Source of the DNA: Fidelibacterota bacterium
Lineage (GTDB): Bacteria > Fidelibacterota > Marinisomatia > Marinisomatales > TCS56
NCBI GenBank assembly: GCA_043822705.1
Contig: JBDRBK010000040.1
Coordinates: 1 to 31,312 of the forward strand
DNA length: 31,312 nt
Reading direction: 5' to 3'
Shown in pieces: positions 1-8,777 of the stretch. Numbering within the stretch: the first letter of the stretch is position 1; every line of letters begins with the position of its first letter. The notes under the pieces are model-generated. The model was not told the DNA's origin. It did not search any database and saw only the letters and a list, made by a program, of their open reading frames with translations. The translations under genes were made by a program, and so were the position numbers.

Positions 1-266
1 ACGGCCTCGGCATACCAGCGGCCCAGGTCGTAATTCAGGGCACAGACCTGTTCGGTGGTACCGGTGAGGGCGGCACGAATCTGGTTTTTCAGCGCTTCGG
101 GAAACGGCACCGATGTAAAGAACCGGATTTCGAATTCCGCCTGATCCGTCCGCAAAGCAATATCGACAACGGCGATATCGAGGCCATCCATCGAGGTGCC
201 GGACATCAATCCCAGTACCCGCAGGTGCCGTTGCTGCGCCAGTCCTGCCAATCCAGCCGGCTTCAC
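1..266 (-). CDS. anmK: Anhydro-N-acetylmuramic acid kinase, 5' part (runs off the left edge)
   Basis: Absent from the ORF track. Manual minus-strand translation from GTG at 266 gives VKPAGLAGLAQQRHLRVLGLMSGTSMDGLDIAVVDI, containing the AnmK signature GLMSGTSMDG. The start overlaps the GNAT stop codon (GTGA). Confidence 0.92.
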   Translation of the reverse strand, partial: MKPAGLAGLAQQRHLRVLGLMSGTSMDGLDIAVVDIALRTDQAEFEIRFFTSVPFPEALKNQIRAALTGTTEQVCALNYDLGRWYAEA

Positions 267-796
267 GATAGTGGTCCTTCCGGCGTGATCGTGCGGGCGT
301 ACAGTAACTGGTCCACTATCCGACCTTCCTTAACGGCGCCGCTGACTATTCTACCTTCCAGCACGAAGCCGGCTTTTTCCAGCACCCGGGCCGAGGCCTG
401 GTTCGTGGCGAACGGTTCGGCGAAAATCCGGATCAGGTTGAAATTAACGAAAGCATAGTCGCTGAACAGCCGGACCGCCTGCGACATGATTCCCTGGCCC
501 CAGAACGGTTCCGCCAGCCAGTAACCCATTTCTGCCGAGAATCGATGAATATCCTGTTTTTTAAGCAGACCGATGCTGCCGATCGCTTCATCGGCGGTGG
601 CGATAGCGAAGAGCGATTCCGGTTGTACTGTCAGCGCCCGGTTGATGAAAATTTCAGCATCGGTCAGTTGGTAGGGATGGGGAAACAGGTCCCGCAGGTT
701 GCGCCAGATATTAATATTATTGGCGTATTTCACCAGCGCCGGCGCATCGGATTTTCGCCATGAGCGCAGGCAATATTCACCGAATTGTAATTTCAT
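263..796 (-). CDS. GNAT N-acetyltransferase, RimJ/RimL family
   Basis: 177-aa ORF with AEMGYWLAEPFWGQGIM and NQASARVLEKAGF motifs typical of RimJ/RimL GNATs. Confidence 0.9.
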   Translation of the reverse strand: MKLQFGEYCLRSWRKSDAPALVKYANNINIWRNLRDLFPHPYQLTDAEIFINRALTVQPESLFAIATADEAIGSIGLLKKQDIHRFSAEMGYWLAEPFWGQGIMSQAVRLFSDYAFVNFNLIRIFAEPFATNQASARVLEKAGFVLEGRIVSGAVKEGRIVDQLLYARTITPEGPLS

Positions 797-808
797 ACTC
801 TTCCCCGC

Positions 809-2539
809 TCAACCGTTTTGGGCTGACCGGGCCATGCGACGCTGCAGGAACCAGGCCGGAATCACCGCCATCGGCACGAACAGCAGCAACCGACCGTATT
901 GCCCGAAAATCAGGTAACCGACACCGAACAGCGAACCGATCACGACATGGACCGCCAGAATCACATTGACGATGGCGGGCCAGAGCGATTCCGCGCCGGC
1001 CGGTCCGGCAAACTGTTTCCAACCCGGTCCGGCAGGCCGCACCTTATCATAAAAAGTCTGTAATAGTTTTGGATCCTCAGCCGGGGTCAAAAATGTAACC
1101 GCAATCCAGACCACAGTGGTCAGGACGGTGGTGAAGATCATCTTGTCCGCAAAACCGGAAAATCCCAGGGTTCCGGCCAGTGAGCTGGCAACCAAGGCCG
1201 TCAGCATCGCAGAAATTTCACTCCAGGCATTGACCCGCCACCAGTACCAGCGCAGCATGTAGACCAGTCCCGCCCCGGCCCCCAGAGACAGGATGAATTC
1301 CCAGCCACCTTTGACCGATTCAAAAAAATACGATACCACGATACCCGCCACGATCATCAGTACCGTAGCTATCCGCGATACCATTATATAGTGTTTCTGG
1401 GCAGCGGCCTCGGATGGAAAGCGGTTCACCGGTTTGATGAACCGGACATAGAAATCATTGACCACATACGACGATCCCCAGTTCACCTGGGTCGAGATCG
1501 TCGACATGAAGGCTGACAGAAAAGCCACCGACAGCAGTCCCAGCACGCCGGCCGGCAGCAGGTCGATCATCGCCAGGGCGTAACCCTTCTCCGGGTCGGC
1601 CAGGTTGGGATACAGGATCAGCGACGCCAGGGCCACCAGAATCCAGGGCCAGGGTCGCAGGGCGTAATGGGCGATATTGAAGAACAGGGTCGCTTTGACG
1701 GCATCTTTTTCGTTGCGGGTGGAAAACATCCGCTGGGCGATGTAACCGCCGCCGCCCGGTTCGGCCCCGGGGTACCAGGAAGCCCACCATTGGACCCCCA
1801 GCCAGACCAGAACCGTGCTCAGCAGAATCTTGGGGTGGCCGATCGGTGAGAAATCGAGGTAAAAATGGTCCGGACCGAATCTTTCGATCAATCCCGCCTG
1901 TAAACCGCCCACGCCGCCCACGGCGTTCAGGGCGTAAAACATCAGGACGACGGCGCCGGTCATGGCGATGATAAATTGCAGAAAATCGGTCACCACCACG
2001 CCCCACAGGCCGGATACAACGATGTAAAGTCCGGTGAGAATGAACAGGACGATCAGAATGTACCAGGAGTTGATGCCGGTCATGACCTGAATAATTTTGG
2101 ACATCCCCAGGGTGACCCAACCCATGATCACGCAGTTTATCGGGAAGGCCAGATACAAAGCACGAAAACCGCGCAGGATGCCGGCGGCCCGGCCGCTGTA
2201 ACGCAGCTCGATTACTTCCACGTCGGTCATAACGCCGGCCCGGTGCCAGAGCCGGGCGAACAGGAAAACGGTGATGAAACCGGAAAACATGAAATTCCAC
2301 CAGATCCAGTTACCGGCAATGCCGTCGGCGGCGATGATTCCGGTTACGGCCAGCGGCGTATCGGCGGCAAAAGTGGTGGCCACCATCGACACGCCGGCCA
2401 GCCACCAGGGCATCGAGCGACCGCCGGTGAAATAATCGGCGGTGCTGCCCTCGGCCCGCGCCTTCATTTTAATGCCGACCGAAATCATCAGCACCAGGTA
2501 GGCCAGGATGATCAGAATATCCAAGGTTGTGAATGGCAT
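809..2539 (-). CDS. Sodium:solute symporter (SSS family), candidate amino-sugar/(anh)MurNAc importer
   Basis: 576 aa with many hydrophobic helices and SSS motifs DYFTGGRSMPWW, ATTFAADT, YIAQRM and SAFMSTISTQVN. Substrate is inferred only from linkage with anmK. Confidence 0.9.
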   Translation of the reverse strand: MPFTTLDILIILAYLVLMISVGIKMKARAEGSTADYFTGGRSMPWWLAGVSMVATTFAADTPLAVTGIIAADGIAGNWIWWNFMFSGFITVFLFARLWHRAGVMTDVEVIELRYSGRAAGILRGFRALYLAFPINCVIMGWVTLGMSKIIQVMTGINSWYILIVLFILTGLYIVVSGLWGVVVTDFLQFIIAMTGAVVLMFYALNAVGGVGGLQAGLIERFGPDHFYLDFSPIGHPKILLSTVLVWLGVQWWASWYPGAEPGGGGYIAQRMFSTRNEKDAVKATLFFNIAHYALRPWPWILVALASLILYPNLADPEKGYALAMIDLLPAGVLGLLSVAFLSAFMSTISTQVNWGSSYVVNDFYVRFIKPVNRFPSEAAAQKHYIMVSRIATVLMIVAGIVVSYFFESVKGGWEFILSLGAGAGLVYMLRWYWWRVNAWSEISAMLTALVASSLAGTLGFSGFADKMIFTTVLTTVVWIAVTFLTPAEDPKLLQTFYDKVRPAGPGWKQFAGPAGAESLWPAIVNVILAVHVVIGSLFGVGYLIFGQYGRLLLFVPMAVIPAWFLQRRMARSAQNG

Positions 2540-2588
2540 GGTTCCCTCTACTCTATTGCAATTGAAATTTAAACCGAATTGGCAACGA

Positions 2589-4550
2589 TTACTGGTCCGC
2601 CTGCCAGCGCTTCCGTAATTCCAGGGCGGGATTGGGGGTCGTGAAACCTAATTCCTCGTAGACCGCGGAATGAATCCGCTGGCGCCAGTCGAAATATTTC
2701 GGCGATTTCCAGGACCGGTCGGGATGGACGGCGTTAGTCAGCAGAATCACGGCAATCCCGTTCACGGGGTCGATCCACAAAGACGTGCCGGTGAAGCCGG
2801 TATGACCGAAACTGTCGTCGCTGACATAGACGCCGCCGGATGCCAACCCGCTGGGGCTGTCCCAGCCCAGACAGCGCGAATCACCGGCAATCACCCCGGC
2901 GCGGCGGGTGAACAGGTCAACTGTTTCCGGCTGGAATATCCGGACGCCATCCAGCTCGCCGCGGTGCAGCAGCATCCGGCTGAACCGTCCCAGGTCGCCG
3001 GCGGTGGCGAACAGTCCGGCGTGCCCGGCCACCCCGCCCAAACTGTGAGCGTTCTCGTCATGGACATAACCGTGTACTAGTTTTCCGTCGGGGTCAATTT
3101 CGGTGGGAACGATCCGGAACAATTCGGTCCGGGCCGGCAGATAACCGGTGTTGGTCATGCCAAGCGGACCGAAAATCTCGGTGGCGACGAATTGATCGAG
3201 AGACCGGCCGCTGAGCCGCTCGACGATCTTGCCCATGGTGATCATGCCGATGTCGGAATATACCATTTCGCGGCCTGGTTTCCTTTCCAGGGGCGTATCC
3301 AGCACGGCGGCAACACGGTCTGCGACACTACCGTCGATTTTGTAGAACAGACGGAACGGCGGCAGCCCGGCGGTGTGCGTCAACAGGTGACGCACGGTCA
3401 CCCGCGATTTGCGGCAACGCCCGATCAGTTTGCTGCCCTTGAATTCCGGCAGATAGCGCACGACCCGGCCGTCCAGATCCAGCTTGCCGGTCTCATACAG
3501 CTTCATGGCGGCGGAGGTGGTGGAAACGACTTTGGTCACCGACGCCAGGTCGAAAATATCGTCCATGTGAGTCGGTGCGGTTTGATCATAAGTATGGTAA
3601 CCGGCGGCGATTTCGGCCACGACCCGGTCGCCCTGCAAAGCCAGCAGCACACCGCCGGGCCAGGCCGAGTCGGCCACGGCCTGTTCCATTAGTCGGACTA
3701 ATTTTTCCGGCTGTGGCGCAGCATCGGCAACAATCTGTTTCTGAAAACATTCGCTGAAAAATTCCAGATGCTCCGGCAGGCTGGCGACCCAGTAATCCCA
3801 GGAATGGCGACCAGGTTTTTCGACGTAAACGTGATCTATATTTTGGTCGCTCAACCGCCGGTGCAATTCGCGATTGTTTTCGATAAAAATATCATCGACG
3901 CCGCAGTCGATCAGCAATTCCAGATCGGCAACGGCGAGCCGACCGGTCATGTTCACGACCGAATTATCATGCCAGCGCTCGGGATATTGTTCGAAGGCGC
4001 CGATTTTTTCGGCCAGTTCATATTTTTTGGTCGAAGCGGTCAGATCGACCGCGCCGCTCATGCTGGCGGCGGCACACCAGGTGTCCGGTTGGCGGGCCGC
4101 CAGGTAGATGGCCCCGTGTCCGCCCATGCTAAGTCCGGTAATGGCCCGGCCCTCGCGCCCGGCGATGGTCGGATAATGGTCGTCGACCCAGCGCACCAGT
4201 TCCCGGCCCACATAGGTTTCGTACTGGCTGCCTGTGATTTCGGGACTGTCCAGGTACCAACTGTTTTTATCACCGTCTGGACAGACGATGATCATTTGCT
4301 GTTGATCGGTATAAGTTCGCAGGTCGGCATGACTGATCCAGTCGAAGGGGCCACCGCCGTAGCCGTGCAGCAGATAAACGACCGGATAGGGCCCGGTTGT
4401 CGGACCGGTCTCCTCCGGAATTACGATCACCGCCGTCAGTTCGCGCTCCATTATCGTACTGTAGGTTTTTACGGTATCGATGCTGGCCGACCACGAAACC
4501 GTGGCAATAATCAGGAAAGCCGCAAGTACCGTACACTGGCGTTTAGACAT
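2589..4550 (-). CDS. Secreted fusion: alpha/beta-hydrolase esterase + beta-lactamase-family serine hydrolase (AmiE/YbbE-like)
   Basis: Preferred start ATG 4550 (GAGGG upstream; signal peptide MSKRQCTVLAAFLIIATVSWSA). N-domain has YLLHGYGG, GLSMGG (GxSxG), DCGVDD and HSWDYW. C-domain has ASVTK (SxxK), LLTHTAG, YSD, GHAGLF and GHTGFTG. Confidence 0.88.
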   Translation of the reverse strand: MSKRQCTVLAAFLIIATVSWSASIDTVKTYSTIMERELTAVIVIPEETGPTTGPYPVVYLLHGYGGGPFDWISHADLRTYTDQQQMIIVCPDGDKNSWYLDSPEITGSQYETYVGRELVRWVDDHYPTIAGREGRAITGLSMGGHGAIYLAARQPDTWCAAASMSGAVDLTASTKKYELAEKIGAFEQYPERWHDNSVVNMTGRLAVADLELLIDCGVDDIFIENNRELHRRLSDQNIDHVYVEKPGRHSWDYWVASLPEHLEFFSECFQKQIVADAAPQPEKLVRLMEQAVADSAWPGGVLLALQGDRVVAEIAAGYHTYDQTAPTHMDDIFDLASVTKVVSTTSAAMKLYETGKLDLDGRVVRYLPEFKGSKLIGRCRKSRVTVRHLLTHTAGLPPFRLFYKIDGSVADRVAAVLDTPLERKPGREMVYSDIGMITMGKIVERLSGRSLDQFVATEIFGPLGMTNTGYLPARTELFRIVPTEIDPDGKLVHGYVHDENAHSLGGVAGHAGLFATAGDLGRFSRMLLHRGELDGVRIFQPETVDLFTRRAGVIAGDSRCLGWDSPSGLASGGVYVSDDSFGHTGFTGTSLWIDPVNGIAVILLTNAVHPDRSWKSPKYFDWRQRIHSAVYEELGFTTPNPALELRKRWQADQ

Positions 4551-4686
4551 ATGAATATCCCTCATATTACAGCCCGAACTTCGGACTAAATTGGCAAAAA
4601 TGGTAACTGACATTAACAGTTTTGCAACCGTAATATATGACCGGCTTTTTTTTATTTAATTACAAGGGAAAGAAACGGTCACAGTT

Positions 4687-6234
4687 ATGGAAACAGCCAT
4701 CATCCTGCACTTACCGGATAAGCAGAGTCAGACTCCGGAAGTGTTCAATCAGACGCTCCAATCAATATTTAATCAAACCAACGAATTCAGCACGATCATC
4801 GCACTTGCCGGTGAAAATTCACTGGAGCTGCCGGAAGAATTCGAATCCCGGGTCAAACTGATCCCGGCGGAAGTCGACAATCTCTCCTACAAACTGAACC
4901 TGGCGCTGGAAGAATACGACAGCGATTTCCTGGTTTATGTCGATAATCAGGTCAACCCGGTCTTTTTGAAACAAGCCTGTCTGGATATGTTTCTGCTGGC
5001 CGCCCGGCGCAATCCCAAGATCGGCCTGATTTATGCCGACTATGAATTGCAGGACGGCGATCAGATCAAGGAAGTCCATCTGTTCAGTCATCATGCCGGC
5101 CGCCTGCGCGATAACCAGGATTACGGCAAGGTCTTTTTCTTCGACCGCGAGGCACTGGACCAGGTCAACGGTTTCGACGAATCGCTGGACTACAACGCCC
5201 TGTACGATATCCGCCTGAAACTGGCGGCACGCTCCGGGCTGATCCGGATTTCCAACAAATACAACGGCTCGCTGTACCGGATACTGGCGGCGGGCAAGTC
5301 GGCCAATGTATTCGATTACCTGCTGGCCGGCAAGGAGGTGCAACTGGAAGCTGAGGCGGTGGTTACCGAGCATCTGAAGCGGATCGGGGCTTACCTCCGA
5401 CCCAGCACCGGTTATTTCAGCCGGTCCAAGGCCGATGACGCGGCCCCCCTGTTAGCTTCGGTGATCATCCCAGTCAACAACCGGCCCGAATTCATGTCCA
5501 CGGCGATTGCCAGCATCCAGGCCCAGACCGTCTCCCAGATCGAGGCCATCATCGTGGTCAACGGCGGCCCGGATGACCCCACGATACCGGAAGTACAGCG
5601 CTACCTGGAAGGCGGCGACAAATATGAACCGGACAAACCGCAGATCAAACTGGTGGTGATCGATATCAACAATATCGGCTTCTGCCTGAATATGGGCGTC
5701 CGCCATGCCAGCGGTCAATATTATGTACAGCTCGATTCCGACGACCGGCTGAAACCGAACGCAATTGAGAAAATCCTGGAAGTCTATGAATCCGATCTCC
5801 GGATCGGCATGGTGATCGGCTCCTACGAAGTCTGGGAAAAACAGGAATCCGGCGAATTGCGCCGGATGGAGGAAATTCCCATCGTCACCCACGACGAATG
5901 GACCGAGAAGAACGGCCGCAACAACCTGCTGCGGATCAACGGCGCCGGCGCGCCCCGCTCGATTCCCTTCTCGGTGATCCGGGATATGGGCTATTTCGGC
6001 ATCAACGACGATCCTTTCGCCCGTAATTACGGCGAAGATTATGATATGGTGCTGCATATCAGCGAAAAATATCGCATCGGTCGAATCTACGAACCGATTT
6101 ACGAGGTCATCCGCCATTCCGGGGGCACCGATCACAGCATCGATCAGTCCACCGTGGATCGCAACGACGAAGCCAAGGACTGGATGCGCCTGGAAGCCAT
6201 CCGGCGGCGGCAGCACCAGAACCGGAACCGTTAG
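4687..6234 (+). CDS. Glycosyltransferase family 2 (degenerate N-terminal GT-A-like domain + intact C-terminal GT-A domain)
   Basis: 515 aa. C-domain has SVIIPVNNR, QLDSDD (DxD) and YGEDYD; N-domain has LIYADY. No signal peptide or TM helices seen. Confidence 0.88.
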   Translation: METAIILHLPDKQSQTPEVFNQTLQSIFNQTNEFSTIIALAGENSLELPEEFESRVKLIPAEVDNLSYKLNLALEEYDSDFLVYVDNQVNPVFLKQACLDMFLLAARRNPKIGLIYADYELQDGDQIKEVHLFSHHAGRLRDNQDYGKVFFFDREALDQVNGFDESLDYNALYDIRLKLAARSGLIRISNKYNGSLYRILAAGKSANVFDYLLAGKEVQLEAEAVVTEHLKRIGAYLRPSTGYFSRSKADDAAPLLASVIIPVNNRPEFMSTAIASIQAQTVSQIEAIIVVNGGPDDPTIPEVQRYLEGGDKYEPDKPQIKLVVIDINNIGFCLNMGVRHASGQYYVQLDSDDRLKPNAIEKILEVYESDLRIGMVIGSYEVWEKQESGELRRMEEIPIVTHDEWTEKNGRNNLLRINGAGAPRSIPFSVIRDMGYFGINDDPFARNYGEDYDMVLHISEKYRIGRIYEPIYEVIRHSGGTDHSIDQSTVDRNDEAKDWMRLEAIRRRQHQNRNR

Positions 6235-6237
6235 CCG

Positions 6238-7443
6238 ATGGAACAACGAATTCTCCTGGTTGGGCTGGATGGCGGCGCCACCAAGCTCAGCGGCTGGACC
6301 GTCAACAGCGATTCCACTGACGGCAGTTTTACGCTCGGCTCAACCAACATCCAGAAATCCTATAGCGAATATGCTGATTACACCCCCGGCTTCCAGTCGG
6401 TGGATATCAAGCAGCAGCTTGGCGAATTTAGCGCCGGCCAAATCCAACCGACCGACGCCGAAATCCGGCAGGGCCGTTGTTATACCCGGGCCTGTGTCGA
6501 TGTAATCAGTGCGATAGCAGCCCAATTTCCCGGCCGGCCGATCCTGGCTGGTCTGGGCATGCCCGGACTGAAAACCGCCGACCAGCGTGGTATTGCCGTG
6601 CTGCTCAACGGACCGCGGATTCCGGACTACGCCGACCAGGTCGAAGCCGAGCTGCGATCCGCCGGGATCGAACTGGCGGCCCCGATCTTCCGCATCGGCA
6701 GCGACGCCGACTATTGCGGTATCGGCGAGGAATATTCGGCTGATGGTGAATTCCGCGATGTCGGCAATGCCTACTACCTGGGCGGCGGTACCGGGGCTGC
6801 CGACGCCCTCAAACTCGATGGCGAACTGGTTCCGCTGGACCAGACCAAGACCTGGCTGGCCAAAACCTGGGAACTGCAGAATGAAAAAGGCAAATCGCTG
6901 GAGCGCTACGCCTCGGCCGGCGGTATCCAGTCGATTTTCAGCGCCTGTTCCGGCGTTCCCGTGGAGGAATTGAACGCGAAAAAGATTTACCCGCCCCAGA
7001 TTTTGCAATGGGCGCTGGTCGGTGAGCCGGCCGCGGTGGCGGCCTTTCGGGAAATCAGTCATTTCCTGGCCGAACTGCTATATGAGCGGATCGCCACAGT
7101 CTTCGCCGGCTGGAATAATAATTTCGCTTTCATGAATCCCAACCGTGCACCGCTGTTCCCCGACCATCCCTACCGCGGTACGCTGCTGGACCGGCTGATT
7201 ATCGGGCAACGGCTCGGCAACCTGCTGAACGATTCGAAAACGACCCCGCTGTTCTGGAAATCGTTGCTGGAAAATCTAACCGGCCTGATTGCGGCCAGTG
7301 CTATTTCCGACCCGCGTTTCCGGGAACATTATCTGTGCGACGGCCAGTTTAATGCCGACCTGATCGCCACTTCCGTGTTGCGGGAAGCGCCGGCCCTGGG
7401 CGCCGGCATCGACGCCTGTTTGCACTACCGGAGGAACCGCTGA
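6238..7443 (+). CDS. Atypical ROK-family (ASKHA fold) sugar kinase
   Basis: GLDGGATK phosphate loop, GLGMPG, SDADYCGIGEE (ROK NDAN..LGE equivalent), YLGGGTG, SLERYAS and C-terminal APALGA. Starts 3 nt after the GT2 stop. Confidence 0.78.
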   Translation: MEQRILLVGLDGGATKLSGWTVNSDSTDGSFTLGSTNIQKSYSEYADYTPGFQSVDIKQQLGEFSAGQIQPTDAEIRQGRCYTRACVDVISAIAAQFPGRPILAGLGMPGLKTADQRGIAVLLNGPRIPDYADQVEAELRSAGIELAAPIFRIGSDADYCGIGEEYSADGEFRDVGNAYYLGGGTGAADALKLDGELVPLDQTKTWLAKTWELQNEKGKSLERYASAGGIQSIFSACSGVPVEELNAKKIYPPQILQWALVGEPAAVAAFREISHFLAELLYERIATVFAGWNNNFAFMNPNRAPLFPDHPYRGTLLDRLIIGQRLGNLLNDSKTTPLFWKSLLENLTGLIAASAISDPRFREHYLCDGQFNADLIATSVLREAPALGAGIDACLHYRRNR

Positions 7444-7444
7444 C

Positions 7445-8764
7445 ATGCTGACACGCGGTCGTATCCCTTCAGCGGAGCCGCGAATCCGGGTAGGTATTGT
7501 TCTGCCCGAAGATAATTTCACCACCATCGCCATCGAATTCCCCGAACCGGACCTGTACGCCGTACATCCCAGCCGCTGCTGGATCGACTCGAAAGAAATG
7601 CGGTTGACAGTGCAGAACGGCGAACTGTCGCTGGGCGGACTGGGCGTTCACAAAGTGGAGATCAAGCGGACCGCATCCTCATCCAACATCGGCAATCCTT
7701 TGGTACTTAAAAATGTGATCGCCGGCCGCGGTTTTCACTGGAAAAAAGCCATCGATGTGAAGCTGCTGGGAGACCTGGAAATCCGGGTGCTGGACGGGAT
7801 CATCATGGTTGTCAACGAGCTGCCGCTGGAACAATACCTGATGTGCGTCGCCACCTCGGAAATGAGCGCCGCCTGCACCGGCACCCTGATCAAGGCCCAG
7901 ACAATCGTGGCCCGTTCCTGGATGCTGGCCAATATCGAGCAGAAACACAAGGCACTGGGATTCGACGTCTGCAACGACGATTGCTGCCAGCGCTACCACG
8001 GCACCGGTTTTTTGACGCCCCATGCCATCGCCGGAGCCCAGGCCACCCGCGGGCAGGTGATCATGTACGATGACCGGATCTGCGACGCCCGCTACTCCAA
8101 GAGCTGCGGCGGCATGATGGAAACTTTCGAAGCCGTCTGGGATGGTCCTCCGCTGCCCTACATGAAAAATATATTTGATGCCCGCAGCCGCTTCCGCTGG
8201 GACCGGCTGCCGTTGACCGATGAGGCTAACCTGAAGCATTGGGTGGATGGGACGCCGGAATGTTTCTGCAGCCCGCTGATCGTGCCCGAAGCGGACCTGA
8301 CCCGGTACATCGGCGGCGTCGACGAAGCGGGCAAATACTTCCGCTGGCGGTTCGACTACAGCCAGGCGGAAATGACCAACCTGCTGAATCAAAAACTGGA
8401 CCTGAGTGCCCGCGCGATCGACGATATCGTCCCGGTCCGGCGCGGTGGTTCCGGCCGGCTGATCGACCTGCGGATCATTTATCATGACACCGCCGGAAAA
8501 GAATGCTCGGCCGATATTCACAGCGAATACAAAATTCGCCAGACTTTCCACCCCAGTTTTCTCTACAGCTCGGCTTTTTACGTGGAGAAATCCGGATCCG
8601 CAGATGCCGCACCGGATACTTTCACGCTTAAAGGCGGTGGCTGGGGTCACGGCGCCGGACTGTGCCAGATCGGAGCCCTCGGCATGGCCCTGAAAGGCTA
8701 CCACACGGCCAATATCCTCAAGCATTACTACCCGGGCAGCCGCCTGGTAACCATCTATTCCTGA
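7445..8764 (+). CDS. SpoIID/LytB domain protein (lytic-transglycosylase-like), no signal peptide
   Basis: VNELPLEQYL..VATSEM (catalytic Glu position), KAQTIVARS, DVCNDDCCQRY, YSKSCGG, GWGHGAGLCQIGA and ILKHYYPG, all SpoIID/LytB hallmarks. Confidence 0.92.
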   Translation: MLTRGRIPSAEPRIRVGIVLPEDNFTTIAIEFPEPDLYAVHPSRCWIDSKEMRLTVQNGELSLGGLGVHKVEIKRTASSSNIGNPLVLKNVIAGRGFHWKKAIDVKLLGDLEIRVLDGIIMVVNELPLEQYLMCVATSEMSAACTGTLIKAQTIVARSWMLANIEQKHKALGFDVCNDDCCQRYHGTGFLTPHAIAGAQATRGQVIMYDDRICDARYSKSCGGMMETFEAVWDGPPLPYMKNIFDARSRFRWDRLPLTDEANLKHWVDGTPECFCSPLIVPEADLTRYIGGVDEAGKYFRWRFDYSQAEMTNLLNQKLDLSARAIDDIVPVRRGGSGRLIDLRIIYHDTAGKECSADIHSEYKIRQTFHPSFLYSSAFYVEKSGSADAAPDTFTLKGGGWGHGAGLCQIGALGMALKGYHTANILKHYYPGSRLVTIYS

Positions 8765-8777
8765 AAAGGTATCGATC

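Noticed and set aside
4551..4686. Operator in the divergent promoter (TTGGCAAAA...TTTTGCAA)
   Set aside because: The inverted match is short, AT-rich and widely spaced, not distinguishable from chance, and no regulator lies in the window.
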